DNA of 64,000 bases from Magnetococcales bacterium (GTDB lineage Bacteria > Pseudomonadota > Magnetococcia > Magnetococcales > JADFYX01): assembly GCA_002753565.1 (NCBI GenBank), contig PEAM01000014.1:12858-76857 (forward strand), read 5' to 3'. The notes beneath the pieces were generated by a model, which was given only the letters and a program-made list of their open reading frames with translations, had not been told where the DNA came from and searched no databases. Position numbers and translations under genes: made by a program. Positions 1 through 10,014 of this stretch are shown here, in pieces. How positions within the stretch are numbered: the stretch's first letter is position 1; each line of letters begins with the position of its first letter.

Positions 1-871
<871 letters not shown>

Positions 872-904
872 TCGATCAAACAGCGGATCGATGGCATTAA
901 AAAA

Positions 905-943
905 GGCGAATTCGGAAAAACAATCCGAATTCGCCTTTTTTTT
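905..943 (+). terminator. Rho-independent terminator of icd
   Basis: Perfect stem ggcgaattcgg / ccgaattcgcc with an A-rich loop, followed by a T8 run, 34 nt after the icd stop. Confidence 0.75.
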
Positions 944-971
944 CAGAACGTTTGGAATAAACAAGGCCTAT

Positions 972-1186
972 GGAGATTCCAAACCAAAGGGTTACAGACC
1001 AATAACGGATGGGTCTGGGAAGGCATGAATGCCTTCCCAGCAGGTTTGGGCAGCGACCAAGATCCTAAGCCTTTGACTTTGCTTTTCTTTTAATTTTAAT
1101 TTTAATTTTAAAAGCGTGGGGGGGGGGTTGGGGGCCTGCAAGGCCTCCCAAGGTGTTGCCTTTGCCTTTTGTCCCAATTTGGTTGT
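972..1186 (+). repeat. Mosaic intergenic repeat, copy A (L module with hairpin 1015..1040, (TTTTAA)n/G-run spacer, R module 1131..1170)
   Basis: Near-identical over its length to the reverse complement of 26134..26347. Parts recur at 28257..28436, 28551..28632, 38963..39109 and 39141..39206. Ends form an imperfect inverted repeat (aaaccaaaggg ... cccaatttggtt). Confidence 0.8.
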
Positions 1187-1253
1187 GACTGACTATTTCG
1201 TCACATCAAACCCAAAGAGCAGACGATTGGGAGGAGCTGATGTGGCCAGGCAA

Positions 1254-1466
1254 TCAACCCTCAAAACGGAAGGTTTCTGCCTCCGTATCCAAAACCTCAA
1301 TACCATACAGAGTGGTTAGGTTTTCCCCATTATCAAAACCATAGAGCTGGTGCAACTCCCAACGCAACGCTTTGGACTGCTCTTTGGTAAGATAGACCCC
1401 CATGGCCTGGGAGCCGTCTGCTTCGAAGGCCAGCTTCTGTTCTTTCAATTCACTGAGAGTCATCAC
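1254..1466 (-). CDS. Small hypothetical protein (70 aa)
   Basis: ORF with AAGGA about 10 nt upstream of the ATG, co-directional with and 110 nt downstream of the histidine kinase gene. I recognise no family. Confidence 0.4.
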   Translation of the reverse strand: MMTLSELKEQKLAFEADGSQAMGVYLTKEQSKALRWELHQLYGFDNGENLTTLYGIEVLDTEAETFRFEG

Positions 1467-1576
1467 TCTTTATCCTTTTTGTCGCGTGTCTCATACCAGG
1501 TTTAGCAGAAAACAACACCCACTGTTATTCCCATTGAACCGTGTACCGTGACACCTGGAAGGGGTTGCGGGTTGTC

Positions 1577-4195
1577 TTACCGTTTCTGTGTTATCGCATT
1601 CGGCAGGGTAAAAGTAAATGTTGTTCCGACCCCTTCCTGACTCTCTACCGTGATGGTACCACCGTGTAGCTCAATCAATCTTTTGGTAATGGCAAGCCCC
1701 AACCCGCTCCCTCCTACCTTACGGGTGGTGGTGGAGTCGGCCTGGACAAATTTATCGAAAATAAGGGTGAGCTGAGAAGCGGGAATACCACTGCCAGAAT
1801 CCTCTATTTTAAAGGTGGTCGAGGTAGCGTCCTGCTCAAGATGAATCTGGATTCGGCCTTGAGAGGTAAACTTGATGGCGTTACCGATCAGATTGATCAA
1901 AATTTGTTTCAGGCGGATCTCATCGGCAACAAGGGGAGAGCTATCCCCAGAGCAGGAGAGGGTCGTCCCCTTTTCATCCGCCTTTACCTGCATATCGATC
2001 ATCACATTTTTGACCAACACCAAGGCATCCAGAGAGGAGGGCGTTAAAACCATCTTGCCAGCCTCTATTTTGGAAATATCCAGAAGATCATCAATCAAAT
2101 TTTTCAGGTGTTTGCCCTGTTTTTCAATTTTTCCACCAAAGCCCGAGAGCTGCTTGAACAGTGCCAGGCAACTCTGGCGAATCTCATGGACATCGGGATG
2201 GTCACTGTTGAGGGCTTCGGCCAGTTTTTTTATGGTCGGAAGCCCTTTTTCATCGGGTTCTAAAGAGATATCTTTCAACATGGTGATAAACGGCGCGTTC
2301 CCCAACACCACCGTCAGCGGCGTTCGCAGCTCATGACTCATGACATTAAGAAAATCTGACTTGGCCTGATTGGCCTTTTCGGCAGCGATTTTAGCCTCAA
2401 TCAAGGCGCTCTCTACCGCCTTGCGGTCGGTAATATCCTCCTGTTGGCTGATATAGTGGGTAATGACCCCTTTTTCATCGCGCAGAGGAGAGATGTTGAG
2501 TGAAGCCCAATAGATACTCCCGTCTTGACAACGGTTTTGAATCTCCCCTCGCCAAATTTCACCCGAACTGATGGTCTGCCACATCTCCTGGTAGAGCTTC
2601 TCGGGGGTCAAACCAGAGTTGAGCATGCCAGGGGTGCTACCGAGAAGGGTTTCCCGAGCATGACCGGTCTGTCTCTCCATGGCAGGATTGACATATTCGA
2701 TCACCCCTTGGGGATCGGTTATCAGAACCGGGTTGGGGCTTTGCTCCAAAGCCAGCAACAGTTTTTTATTCTCGGCGTTGGCTCTCTTTTTGACAGAAAT
2801 ATCGACGACACATCCGGCAAAAAAGACCCCTTGGGAGGTTTGGGACTTTCCAACCGCCAGCCACATGGGAAAGAGAGAGCCATCTTTACGCTGACCTTCG
2901 ACCTCGCGGGAGTTACCAATAATGGTATTTTTGCCGGTCTTCAGATGTCTGATCAGATAGCCGTCATGGGCAGAGGCGGTGGTTTCTGGCATGAGCATTT
3001 TGACGTTGCGCCCGATCACCTCCTCTGCTGTATAACCAAAGATTTTTTCGGATGCCGGATTGTAGCTCAGTACCATCCCCTTGGCATTAATGGTGATCAT
3101 GCCAAAAACAGCCGTTTGGACAATAGCCTGGGTCTGCTCTCGATTGCTCAACAGCTCAGAGATACGCTGCTTGATATAGGCTGCAACCAACAGGGTAAAG
3201 AGGAGGAAGACGGCAAAAACAACCAGGGCTTTTATCTGACGTTGGTAGTTAAAAAGGTGGTCGGCTGTCGGTATGGACTGGATCACCCAGCGACGGCTAC
3301 CGATCTCGATGAACCTTTCATTATACAGCCCTCTCGCTTTTGCCTGGGCAATAAGCTGTTGCTCGTCGGCAAGCAGTGTGGTGGGAAAAAGAGCTTCAGG
3401 CTGCTTGGGCTGGGTGACATCCCAGATGAACTGTTGGGGAGAAAAATCTCCACCGTCGATTTGAGCAAAGGCGTTGACTGCCATCTCACCGATTCGATAG
3501 ACACCCAAGGCAAACCCCGTCAAATTCTCTCTTCGCGCCTCGATAGAGTGGCTTGGGCCACGATAAATGGGGATAAAAACCAGGAAACCCGGCTGTTTCT
3601 CTGTCTCTTGCACCAAAGTGATGCCGCCGGTTGCCAACCGGTTGCCAGAGTCACGGGCTTGATTCAGAGCGGTGCGTCGAAGCGTGTCGGAGGCCAGATC
3701 GAAGCCGATGGCCGCCCTGTTTTTGGCAATGGGCTCCACATAATAGACCGGAAAATACACCTCTCTGGGCAGGGCCGCAACCATCACCCCCTGGCTGGCC
3801 CGTTGGGTGAGGGTAAAACCATCCAGCCCCTCCTCTCTGGCCCTCTTTTCATAGAGGTCACGCTCCTTGTGGAAAATACGGGGAATCCACTCCAAGGCCT
3901 GGATTGACGGATGTCTGAGCAGGCTTTTTTGTGTGAAGGCAAAAAACTCCTGACGGGAGACAAACGAGGAGCCGTTGAAAAAACTCTCTATGGCCTGCAA
4001 CACCTCTAAATTCAGCTCAATTTCCTGGCGCAGTGCATTGGCCTGATTATCAGAAACCCGCTTAAAATCGGTGATCAGCTGCTTGTTTTCCAATTGATAG
4101 GTCTGCTGGGCAGCAAGAGAAGCGAGGATGATTCCCAAAATAAGCGTAAAAACAACGGATGGGTAGAGCCAAGCGGAACGAGTGTTGTTTTTCAC
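1577..4195 (-). CDS. Sensor histidine kinase: N-terminal TM, periplasmic CHASE domain, second TM, two PAS domains, HisKA (H-box SHELRTP) and HATPase_c
   Basis: 872-aa ORF. CHASE-like segment (ALEWIPRI...YFPVYYVEP...GFDL). PAS motifs. H-box MSHELRTPL. N/G boxes (LINLIGNAIKFT, DSGSGI, GGSGLGLAI). Confidence 0.9.
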   Translation of the reverse strand: MKNNTRSAWLYPSVVFTLILGIILASLAAQQTYQLENKQLITDFKRVSDNQANALRQEIELNLEVLQAIESFFNGSSFVSRQEFFAFTQKSLLRHPSIQALEWIPRIFHKERDLYEKRAREEGLDGFTLTQRASQGVMVAALPREVYFPVYYVEPIAKNRAAIGFDLASDTLRRTALNQARDSGNRLATGGITLVQETEKQPGFLVFIPIYRGPSHSIEARRENLTGFALGVYRIGEMAVNAFAQIDGGDFSPQQFIWDVTQPKQPEALFPTTLLADEQQLIAQAKARGLYNERFIEIGSRRWVIQSIPTADHLFNYQRQIKALVVFAVFLLFTLLVAAYIKQRISELLSNREQTQAIVQTAVFGMITINAKGMVLSYNPASEKIFGYTAEEVIGRNVKMLMPETTASAHDGYLIRHLKTGKNTIIGNSREVEGQRKDGSLFPMWLAVGKSQTSQGVFFAGCVVDISVKKRANAENKKLLLALEQSPNPVLITDPQGVIEYVNPAMERQTGHARETLLGSTPGMLNSGLTPEKLYQEMWQTISSGEIWRGEIQNRCQDGSIYWASLNISPLRDEKGVITHYISQQEDITDRKAVESALIEAKIAAEKANQAKSDFLNVMSHELRTPLTVVLGNAPFITMLKDISLEPDEKGLPTIKKLAEALNSDHPDVHEIRQSCLALFKQLSGFGGKIEKQGKHLKNLIDDLLDISKIEAGKMVLTPSSLDALVLVKNVMIDMQVKADEKGTTLSCSGDSSPLVADEIRLKQILINLIGNAIKFTSQGRIQIHLEQDATSTTFKIEDSGSGIPASQLTLIFDKFVQADSTTTRKVGGSGLGLAITKRLIELHGGTITVESQEGVGTTFTFTLPNAITQKR

Positions 4196-4492
4196 TTTGG
4201 TTACTTTCCTATCTCAATGTCTCAGGTGCATCTTTGCGCGCTGGTAAGGATGAGAAATGGTATCACGTTGTTGTTATGCCAGCTGTTCACCATAACATGA
4301 ATTAACGGATCAGATTGACATATTATTCCATTCAGACAGAATATCTAGGGGTTGAACAGGTAAAAATGGGCAGTCATTCTCAAACCAAACAGCTGGCTCT
4401 TTTGGTGGAGAGTGTTTTGTTATCGTAGGGAATCTGCTACGGTGTGGCTGGGGATTTTTTTTTGTATGCAACAGAGAGTGGATAACAGAATA

Positions 4493-6367
4493 ATGGTGAA
4501 GAGTGAGGAGAGATGGTATGCAATTTATGACCAATCTCTCGAGACAGAACATATAGACCAACTGAGTCGGGTGGCTGAGATGATTCCGTATGGTACGGAT
4601 GGGCTCGCCTTCCCTGACAAAGGTGCGCGGGTTTTTCTCTGTCTGGACGACGATGGGGTGAAAGATATGCTCCCCATGGCCCGGGATCAGGGGTGGGACC
4701 TGGCTCCCCTTCCCCACCCAGGGGGAAGCTGGACATCCGTCCGGTTTGGTTTGGAAAAAGGGCTTGAAGAGGCTATCGTTCATGCCCTGGAGACCTCCCC
4801 CACGACCTTTCAGTTGATGCGGTGTAACGACATTCCGGTGCTCTCTTCGGTTGTGGCTGGGGAGTCGTTGACTCTGGATGGACAAGATAGCAGCAAACCT
4901 CGATGGGGGGTGTTTAAAAGTCTCGTCAGCGGCATCAACAAGCTGAGCCTTACCCACCTCACCATGACAACATCCAAGGAGCAAAAATACAGCACCGCTG
5001 GGATTGGATTGATTGTTCTGACCGGTCCAGGCCACCCTTTTTTGGGGGAAACCCTTAAAGAGTTGGTGATCCATGATGACTCTCGGTCTACCCTCATACT
5101 TTTGGCTCCTCGGAGTATATTGGACTATTTAAGCCTGCTGTTTCGCCTTGTTATCATGCGAACCCTGGGGCTGAGAAAATTGTCCTCTTCTGTGGGTATT
5201 ATTCGTAGCCAATATATTTTGATTGAGTCGGGAAAAGGGGTCGATTTTACCCTGGATGGACGACCAATGAGCGCCAAGAGCCTCGAAATTGAGATCTCTA
5301 AAGAGCCGCTTCAGGTTCGAAAAGGGTCTCTGTTTCCTCCGGTTTCTGAGCAGACTATCCCAGAAAAAGATTTTGCTCGGGTCTCCCATCTTCCGCAGGG
5401 AGATTCGGTACCGATTCTAAGCGGCTCCCCTCTGCCTTTTTTCAACCACGCCTCGGAGGATGAGTTTCGAGATCTGTTTCGCTCATTGAAGGAGACCGCC
5501 CTCTTTTCCAAATCTTTTCTTGCTCTGATGGTGTTGAGTGTTCTTTTGGCGCTGTTAGGTCTCTACTCCAGCTCTTCTCCGGTTATTATCGGGGCGATGA
5601 TTCTGGCACCGCTTATGGGGCCGATCATCTCTCTCTCCATGGGGTTGGCTCGTGGTCAGACCACCTTGATCTTGGAGAGCCTTAAAACCCTTACCTTGGG
5701 AATCGGCACCGCCCTGATCTGTGCCATGGTGGTTGCTTCTCTGTTACCTCTGCACATTCTGACCGGGGAGATGTTGGCTCGACTCTCTCCCAACCTCCTC
5801 GACTTGGGCGTGGCAGTTATTTCCGGCATTGCCGGTGCTTATGCCAGCGCCAAGGAGGATATTGCCAAAAGTTTGGCCGGTGTTGCCATCGCTGTCGCGT
5901 TGGTTCCTCCTCTATGTGTCGCAGGAATCGGGCTGGGGTGGATGAATTGGTCGGTTATTCAGGGGGGCTTTTTACTGTTTGCCACCAACCTGGTGGGTAT
6001 CACCGTCTCTGCCTCCCTCACCTTTCTGGTGCTTGGATTCGCCCCGTTTCGTCTGGCCAAGAGAGGTCTGATGTTGAGCTTGGCTCTGTTGGCCCTCGTT
6101 TCTGCCCCGCTCTATTTCTCCTTTAACGAACTGATCGAAAAAAATCGAATTCAAGAGGTTATCTCCCAGAGCCATTTTATGGTTCAAGATCGTAAAATCC
6201 ACATTGAACCTCTCTCGATTCTACTGCGACCAGAACCACTTGTCCGCCTGCAGGCCACGGCCCGCGAGCCAATAACGGGGATAGAGTTGGAGATTATTCG
6301 CGCCCAAATCATCAACCGTTTGGGTTATCCGGTTACCGTGGAGATGTCGGTTTTACTGCGAAGATAG
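4493..6367 (+). CDS. Membrane protein: degenerate diacylglycerol-kinase-like N-terminal domain fused to a DUF389 (TIGR00341-type) multi-TM domain
   Basis: The C-terminal half has the DUF389 signature (SPVIIGAMILAPLMGPI..., GVAIAVALVPPLCVAGIGL). The N-terminal half resembles YegS/DAGK-fold proteins, but with DDDGV where GGDGT is expected. The ORF opens at 4412; ATG 4493 (MVKSEERWYAIY) is chosen as the likely start. Confidence 0.75.
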   Translation: MVKSEERWYAIYDQSLETEHIDQLSRVAEMIPYGTDGLAFPDKGARVFLCLDDDGVKDMLPMARDQGWDLAPLPHPGGSWTSVRFGLEKGLEEAIVHALETSPTTFQLMRCNDIPVLSSVVAGESLTLDGQDSSKPRWGVFKSLVSGINKLSLTHLTMTTSKEQKYSTAGIGLIVLTGPGHPFLGETLKELVIHDDSRSTLILLAPRSILDYLSLLFRLVIMRTLGLRKLSSSVGIIRSQYILIESGKGVDFTLDGRPMSAKSLEIEISKEPLQVRKGSLFPPVSEQTIPEKDFARVSHLPQGDSVPILSGSPLPFFNHASEDEFRDLFRSLKETALFSKSFLALMVLSVLLALLGLYSSSSPVIIGAMILAPLMGPIISLSMGLARGQTTLILESLKTLTLGIGTALICAMVVASLLPLHILTGEMLARLSPNLLDLGVAVISGIAGAYASAKEDIAKSLAGVAIAVALVPPLCVAGIGLGWMNWSVIQGGFLLFATNLVGITVSASLTFLVLGFAPFRLAKRGLMLSLALLALVSAPLYFSFNELIEKNRIQEVISQSHFMVQDRKIHIEPLSILLRPEPLVRLQATAREPITGIELEIIRAQIINRLGYPVTVEMSVLLRR

Positions 6368-6566
6368 CCCCCTGCAGGCGCACATAAAGGGGCTGTTTTT
6401 GCCGGGTTGGGGGGACCACTTTTTACCTCATCTCAACATTTTTTATTAGTCACATGGTCTTAATTCATTGAAAAAGAATCGCAAATACATTTGGATAACT
6501 TATTGCATGTCAGGTAGGGAGAGTCACAGATTCAAGACAGATAGATTAACAGAGGAGTGAAACAGA

Positions 6567-7169
6567 ATGATGATCCAGGCCGTTGGTGCAGAACAGATGT
6601 ATCGCCTGTTGACCAAAGGAGGAGAGAGCCGCTCGACCCTCCCTTCTCAAAAGGTGGTGAACACGGATAACCTGAGAGCCGGGTCAGCTCAGCAGGGATC
6701 GAAACAGGACTCCTCCAGCTTCTCTGTCGAAGGGATGGCAGCCTTTGCCAACCAGAAACTCCAGGAGAAGGCCGTCGCAGAGCTGAATCGGATGATTCAA
6801 GAGACGGATGAAGATGCCAAACCCCTGGAGGCCTTGGACCCAGATGCCCACACACCCGAAAAAACCGCAGAAGCCATCGTCTCTCTCTCCACCGGTTTTT
6901 TTGATCGCTACACCCAAGGACACCCCGAAATGGCAGGCCAGGAGCTGTTGGACGGGTTTATGGCGGTGATCTCAGGAGGCATTAAACAGGGGCTGGAGGC
7001 GGCACGAGAGCTGCTGGAAGGGCTGGAGGTTCTCCACGGCCTGGTTGAAAAGGGGGTCAACCAGAGTGACCAGCTTATTTGGGAGAAGCTGGACCAGTTC
7101 TACGCAGAAAAAAAGGCAAGTATGGCTCCCTCTCCTGGGGCAGAAGCAGACTACGCCCAAGCAGCCTGA
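6567..7169 (+). CDS. Hypothetical acidic, helical protein (200 aa)
   Basis: GGAG Shine-Dalgarno 8 nt upstream of ATGATG. No TM segment or signal peptide. I cannot assign a family with confidence. Its stop codon abuts the stop codon of the convergent SDR gene. Confidence 0.6.
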   Translation: MMIQAVGAEQMYRLLTKGGESRSTLPSQKVVNTDNLRAGSAQQGSKQDSSSFSVEGMAAFANQKLQEKAVAELNRMIQETDEDAKPLEALDPDAHTPEKTAEAIVSLSTGFFDRYTQGHPEMAGQELLDGFMAVISGGIKQGLEAARELLEGLEVLHGLVEKGVNQSDQLIWEKLDQFYAEKKASMAPSPGAEADYAQAA

Positions 7170-8240
7170 CTAGACCAACCGCCGTCCACCGTCCACATGC
7201 AACACCTCTCCGGTCACATAGTGGGCTGTGAGCAGATAACGGATAGCCTGCAAAATGGCCTCTGGTCCAGAGGCCGCCGCCAGAGGTGTCCGGGAGAGCA
7301 TGCTTTGAAAGGCGGACGATCCGGCTCTCTCATCCGGTGGTAGAACAGCTCCTGGCGAAATGGCGTTGACCCGTACCGTAGGGGCCGCCTCTCGGGCTAA
7401 TACCTGAGTGGCAGAGATAAGCCCCGCTTTGGCCGCACTATAGGCCACATGACCTTTTAGAGGTTTTTCTCCCCAGATGTCACAGATATTGATCACCATC
7501 CCCCCCCGTTTTTCCATCTGGGCGATACTGGCCATCGCCAACATCAACGGACCTTGCAGATTAACCTTCATCAGATCATCCACCACCTGCCACTGACTCC
7601 CCTGCAGGGGAGTTGGCAGAAAGAGGGAGGCATTATTGATTAACAGATCCACCGGCCCCAGTTCACGAGCCACCTCTTGGAGAAGAGATACCGACTGATC
7701 CGGTTGACGCAGGTCCAACGAAAACGCTTTGGCCTCCCCACCCTGCTCCCGAATGGCGGAGACAATCTCCTCGGCCTCAGCAGATGCGTGGTGATAGACC
7801 ACCGCCACCCCATAGCCCAACGCAGCCAGGTCTCGACAGATAGCCGCCCCAACACGACGTCCACCGCCGGTAACCAACGCAATCCGCCCCGATTCAGGCC
7901 GTGCCACCAGAGAGTCCGGCTCCCATCCCGCTTCACGTTTTTTAAAGCCGGGCAGAGTGTAGGCTTCCTGATCATAGGGGCGACGAACACGGCTGGGCTT
8001 GGTGGAGAAGGCCACCCCCTCCCCCTGCTTCGGAGGTCTGGCAAAAATAATCGCCCAGGGGGCCTCGGGCGCTGGGCGACCCGAACGGATCTCACTCCAC
8101 CGGTAAAGAAACCAGATAGGGAGAAAAATAAGGATAAAAGGGAGGGCAAAAAAGAGTGCCAGCCCCCCTTTTACACCACCGTACATTCGGGCGGCGGCCC
8201 CCTTCTTCTCCTCTGGAACGTCCCATTGCTCCTCTTCCAC
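7170..8240 (-). CDS. Short-chain dehydrogenase/reductase (SDR) with a ~110-aa N-terminal extension containing one TM helix
   Basis: LVTGGGRRVGAAI (TGxxxGxG), NNASLF and YSAAKAGL (YxxxK) motifs. The extension contains GLALFFALPFILIFLPIWFLY. An internal GTG at 7907 preceded by GGGAG could be an alternative start giving a canonical 245-aa SDR. Confidence 0.8.
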   Translation of the reverse strand: MEEEQWDVPEEKKGAAARMYGGVKGGLALFFALPFILIFLPIWFLYRWSEIRSGRPAPEAPWAIIFARPPKQGEGVAFSTKPSRVRRPYDQEAYTLPGFKKREAGWEPDSLVARPESGRIALVTGGGRRVGAAICRDLAALGYGVAVVYHHASAEAEEIVSAIREQGGEAKAFSLDLRQPDQSVSLLQEVARELGPVDLLINNASLFLPTPLQGSQWQVVDDLMKVNLQGPLMLAMASIAQMEKRGGMVINICDIWGEKPLKGHVAYSAAKAGLISATQVLAREAAPTVRVNAISPGAVLPPDERAGSSAFQSMLSRTPLAAASGPEAILQAIRYLLTAHYVTGEVLHVDGGRRLV

Positions 8241-8315
8241 TGGTCCAATCTCCCCAAAAAAAAGACAGTCACAACTCGATTTCCAGCAAAGACAAGGAGA
8301 ATAAAAAGGGCTGAT

Positions 8316-9209
8316 CTACTCCGCCCGCGGGTGGTACTGTCCGTGTACCCGCTTCATCCGCTCTTTGGCCACATGGGTATAGATCTCGGTGGTGGAGATA
8401 TCCGCATGACCCAACATCATCTGAACCCCCCGCAACTCGGCCCCATGGTTCAACAAATGCGAGGCAAAGGAGTGGCGCAGAAGGTGGGGTGAAATTGTTT
8501 TATCGATCCCCGCATCCCGAGCATGACGGCGAATGATGTACCAAAAATTTTGCCTTGTCATGGCTTTGCCCCGATTGCTGACAAAAAGGGCCGGAGTATT
8601 TTTCCCCTTGAGCAATACCGGGCGGGATTGACGACGATAGCGAGCGATCAGATCCAGTGCCACCTCCCCCACCGGGACCACCCGCTCTTTATCCCCTTTG
8701 CCGACAACCCGCAAAAATCCCAACTCTTCATCCAACCCATCCGTCACCAGAGAGATCAACTCCGAAACCCGTAAACCGGTCGCATAGAGGGTCTCCAGCA
8801 TGGCCGCATCCCGCAACCCCAACTCGGTTGATCGATCAGGCGCTTTAATCAGATCATCCACCTCCAGTTCGCTGAGAATATCCGGCAGATGTCGTGTCCG
8901 GCGTGGGGTATCCAATAGGCGGGTGGGATCATCGGCACGCAGATTCATCACCCCCAAAAAACGGTAGAACCGCCCCACCGCCGACCGTTTGCGGGCAATG
9001 GTCGCATTGGCCAGATCCCGTTCCGATAACAAGGAGATCCAATCGGCAATCTGCTCTGGGGTGGCCTTCATGAAGTCGGCATCTATTCCGGTCAAAAACT
9101 CACTCAGCCCCAACAGGTCGGTCCGGTAGGCCTCCAGGGTGTTGCCCGCCAAACCGTGTTCTACCAACATATCATCCAGAAAGTGTCGAATCAGACGACC
9201 GTCACTCAT
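8316..9209 (-). CDS. xerD: Tyrosine site-specific recombinase XerD
   Basis: 297 aa. N-terminal SAM-like core-binding domain (FLDDMLVEHGLAGNTLEAYRTDL). Catalytic residues in ...LRHSFASHLL...LLGHADISTTEIYTHV. Confidence 0.9.
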   Translation of the reverse strand: MSDGRLIRHFLDDMLVEHGLAGNTLEAYRTDLLGLSEFLTGIDADFMKATPEQIADWISLLSERDLANATIARKRSAVGRFYRFLGVMNLRADDPTRLLDTPRRTRHLPDILSELEVDDLIKAPDRSTELGLRDAAMLETLYATGLRVSELISLVTDGLDEELGFLRVVGKGDKERVVPVGEVALDLIARYRRQSRPVLLKGKNTPALFVSNRGKAMTRQNFWYIIRRHARDAGIDKTISPHLLRHSFASHLLNHGAELRGVQMMLGHADISTTEIYTHVAKERMKRVHGQYHPRAE

Positions 9210-9964
9210 TCTTTTCCAGTCGACAACAGCTCCGACTGCCTCTCTTGATTGCAGGGCAAAGGTTTAACAACCCGCTGTGTCCGCCCCACAGTCGAACTGA
9301 GGGCGGACTGGGCATAGACCAGCTTTTCTGCTTCACAAAGAATCACCCCTCCCAAAGGGGCAAACCAGCGGTTGCCCGCCTTCTCCCACGAGGAGGCCGA
9401 CCCAAGCCAGCGATTACCTTTAACCGGCGGTCGAAACAGGGCAAAACAGGACTGCCTCATGACAAAAAGCGAGCCTTGCAGCGCTTCTCTAATTTGATTG
9501 GGAGAGAAAGGACGCCCTCGACCAAAGGGGGTAAAATCTCGTCTGGCCCAGAGACCACCCCGGTTTGGCACCACCACCAACAGCCTGCCTCCCGGCTCCA
9601 GAATACGCCAGGCCTCTCTTAGAACACCTCGACTGGAGAGGGTTCCCTCTAAAAGGTGCGCCATGATGACCCGATTAAAATGTTGATCGGGAAACGGCAG
9701 GGCATCGGGCCTCACCTGGGCAATCCGATTGGCCTTCCCCTGGGGCCAGAGGGAGACCCCCATTTCGGCCGGGGCCGCCCCCACACAAGAGCCCAACCAG
9801 GGAGATAACTGCTCCAGATAGGGTTGGGTAAAACCGATTCCACAGGTTTGCCGGGAGGGTATCTGACTCACCCACCGTGTCATGACCTCACCCACCAATC
9901 CGGCGACAGTCTCACCCTGTTGGGTGCCATACCAGCTTTGCAATCGGATAGCATCAAAGGTCAT
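9206..9964 (-). CDS. Class I SAM-dependent methyltransferase-like protein
   Basis: Methyltransf_11-like core (LPFPDQHFNRVIMAHLLE ... LREAWRILEPGGRLLVVVPN). The stop overlaps the xerD start by 4 nt (ATGA). The ORF opens at a TTG at 9988; ATG 9964 is chosen. Confidence 0.7.
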   Translation of the reverse strand: MTFDAIRLQSWYGTQQGETVAGLVGEVMTRWVSQIPSRQTCGIGFTQPYLEQLSPWLGSCVGAAPAEMGVSLWPQGKANRIAQVRPDALPFPDQHFNRVIMAHLLEGTLSSRGVLREAWRILEPGGRLLVVVPNRGGLWARRDFTPFGRGRPFSPNQIREALQGSLFVMRQSCFALFRPPVKGNRWLGSASSWEKAGNRWFAPLGGVILCEAEKLVYAQSALSSTVGRTQRVVKPLPCNQERQSELLSTGKE

Positions 9965-10014
9965 AATGGAGAGGTTCACCCTTTTCAAACATAGATTATG
10001 GAGTTCTACCGAAT

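Noticed and set aside
992-1319. Small ORFs (992..1177 minus, 1116..1319 plus; also 28372..28638 and the tail of 38696..39103) that run through the repeat copies and share a KAK(A/S)TPWEALQA peptide
   Set aside because: The shared peptide is simply the translated R module. The frames are not conserved between copies: stops and frames differ, one copy is inverted and one is deleted. The repeat is therefore treated as non-coding.
2525-3907. 460-aa ORF on the plus strand, antisense to the histidine kinase gene
   Set aside because: It lies wholly inside a gene with strong domain evidence on the other strand. The translation is low-complexity (G/L/R-rich) with no motif. It is a typical shadow ORF in GC-rich coding DNA.
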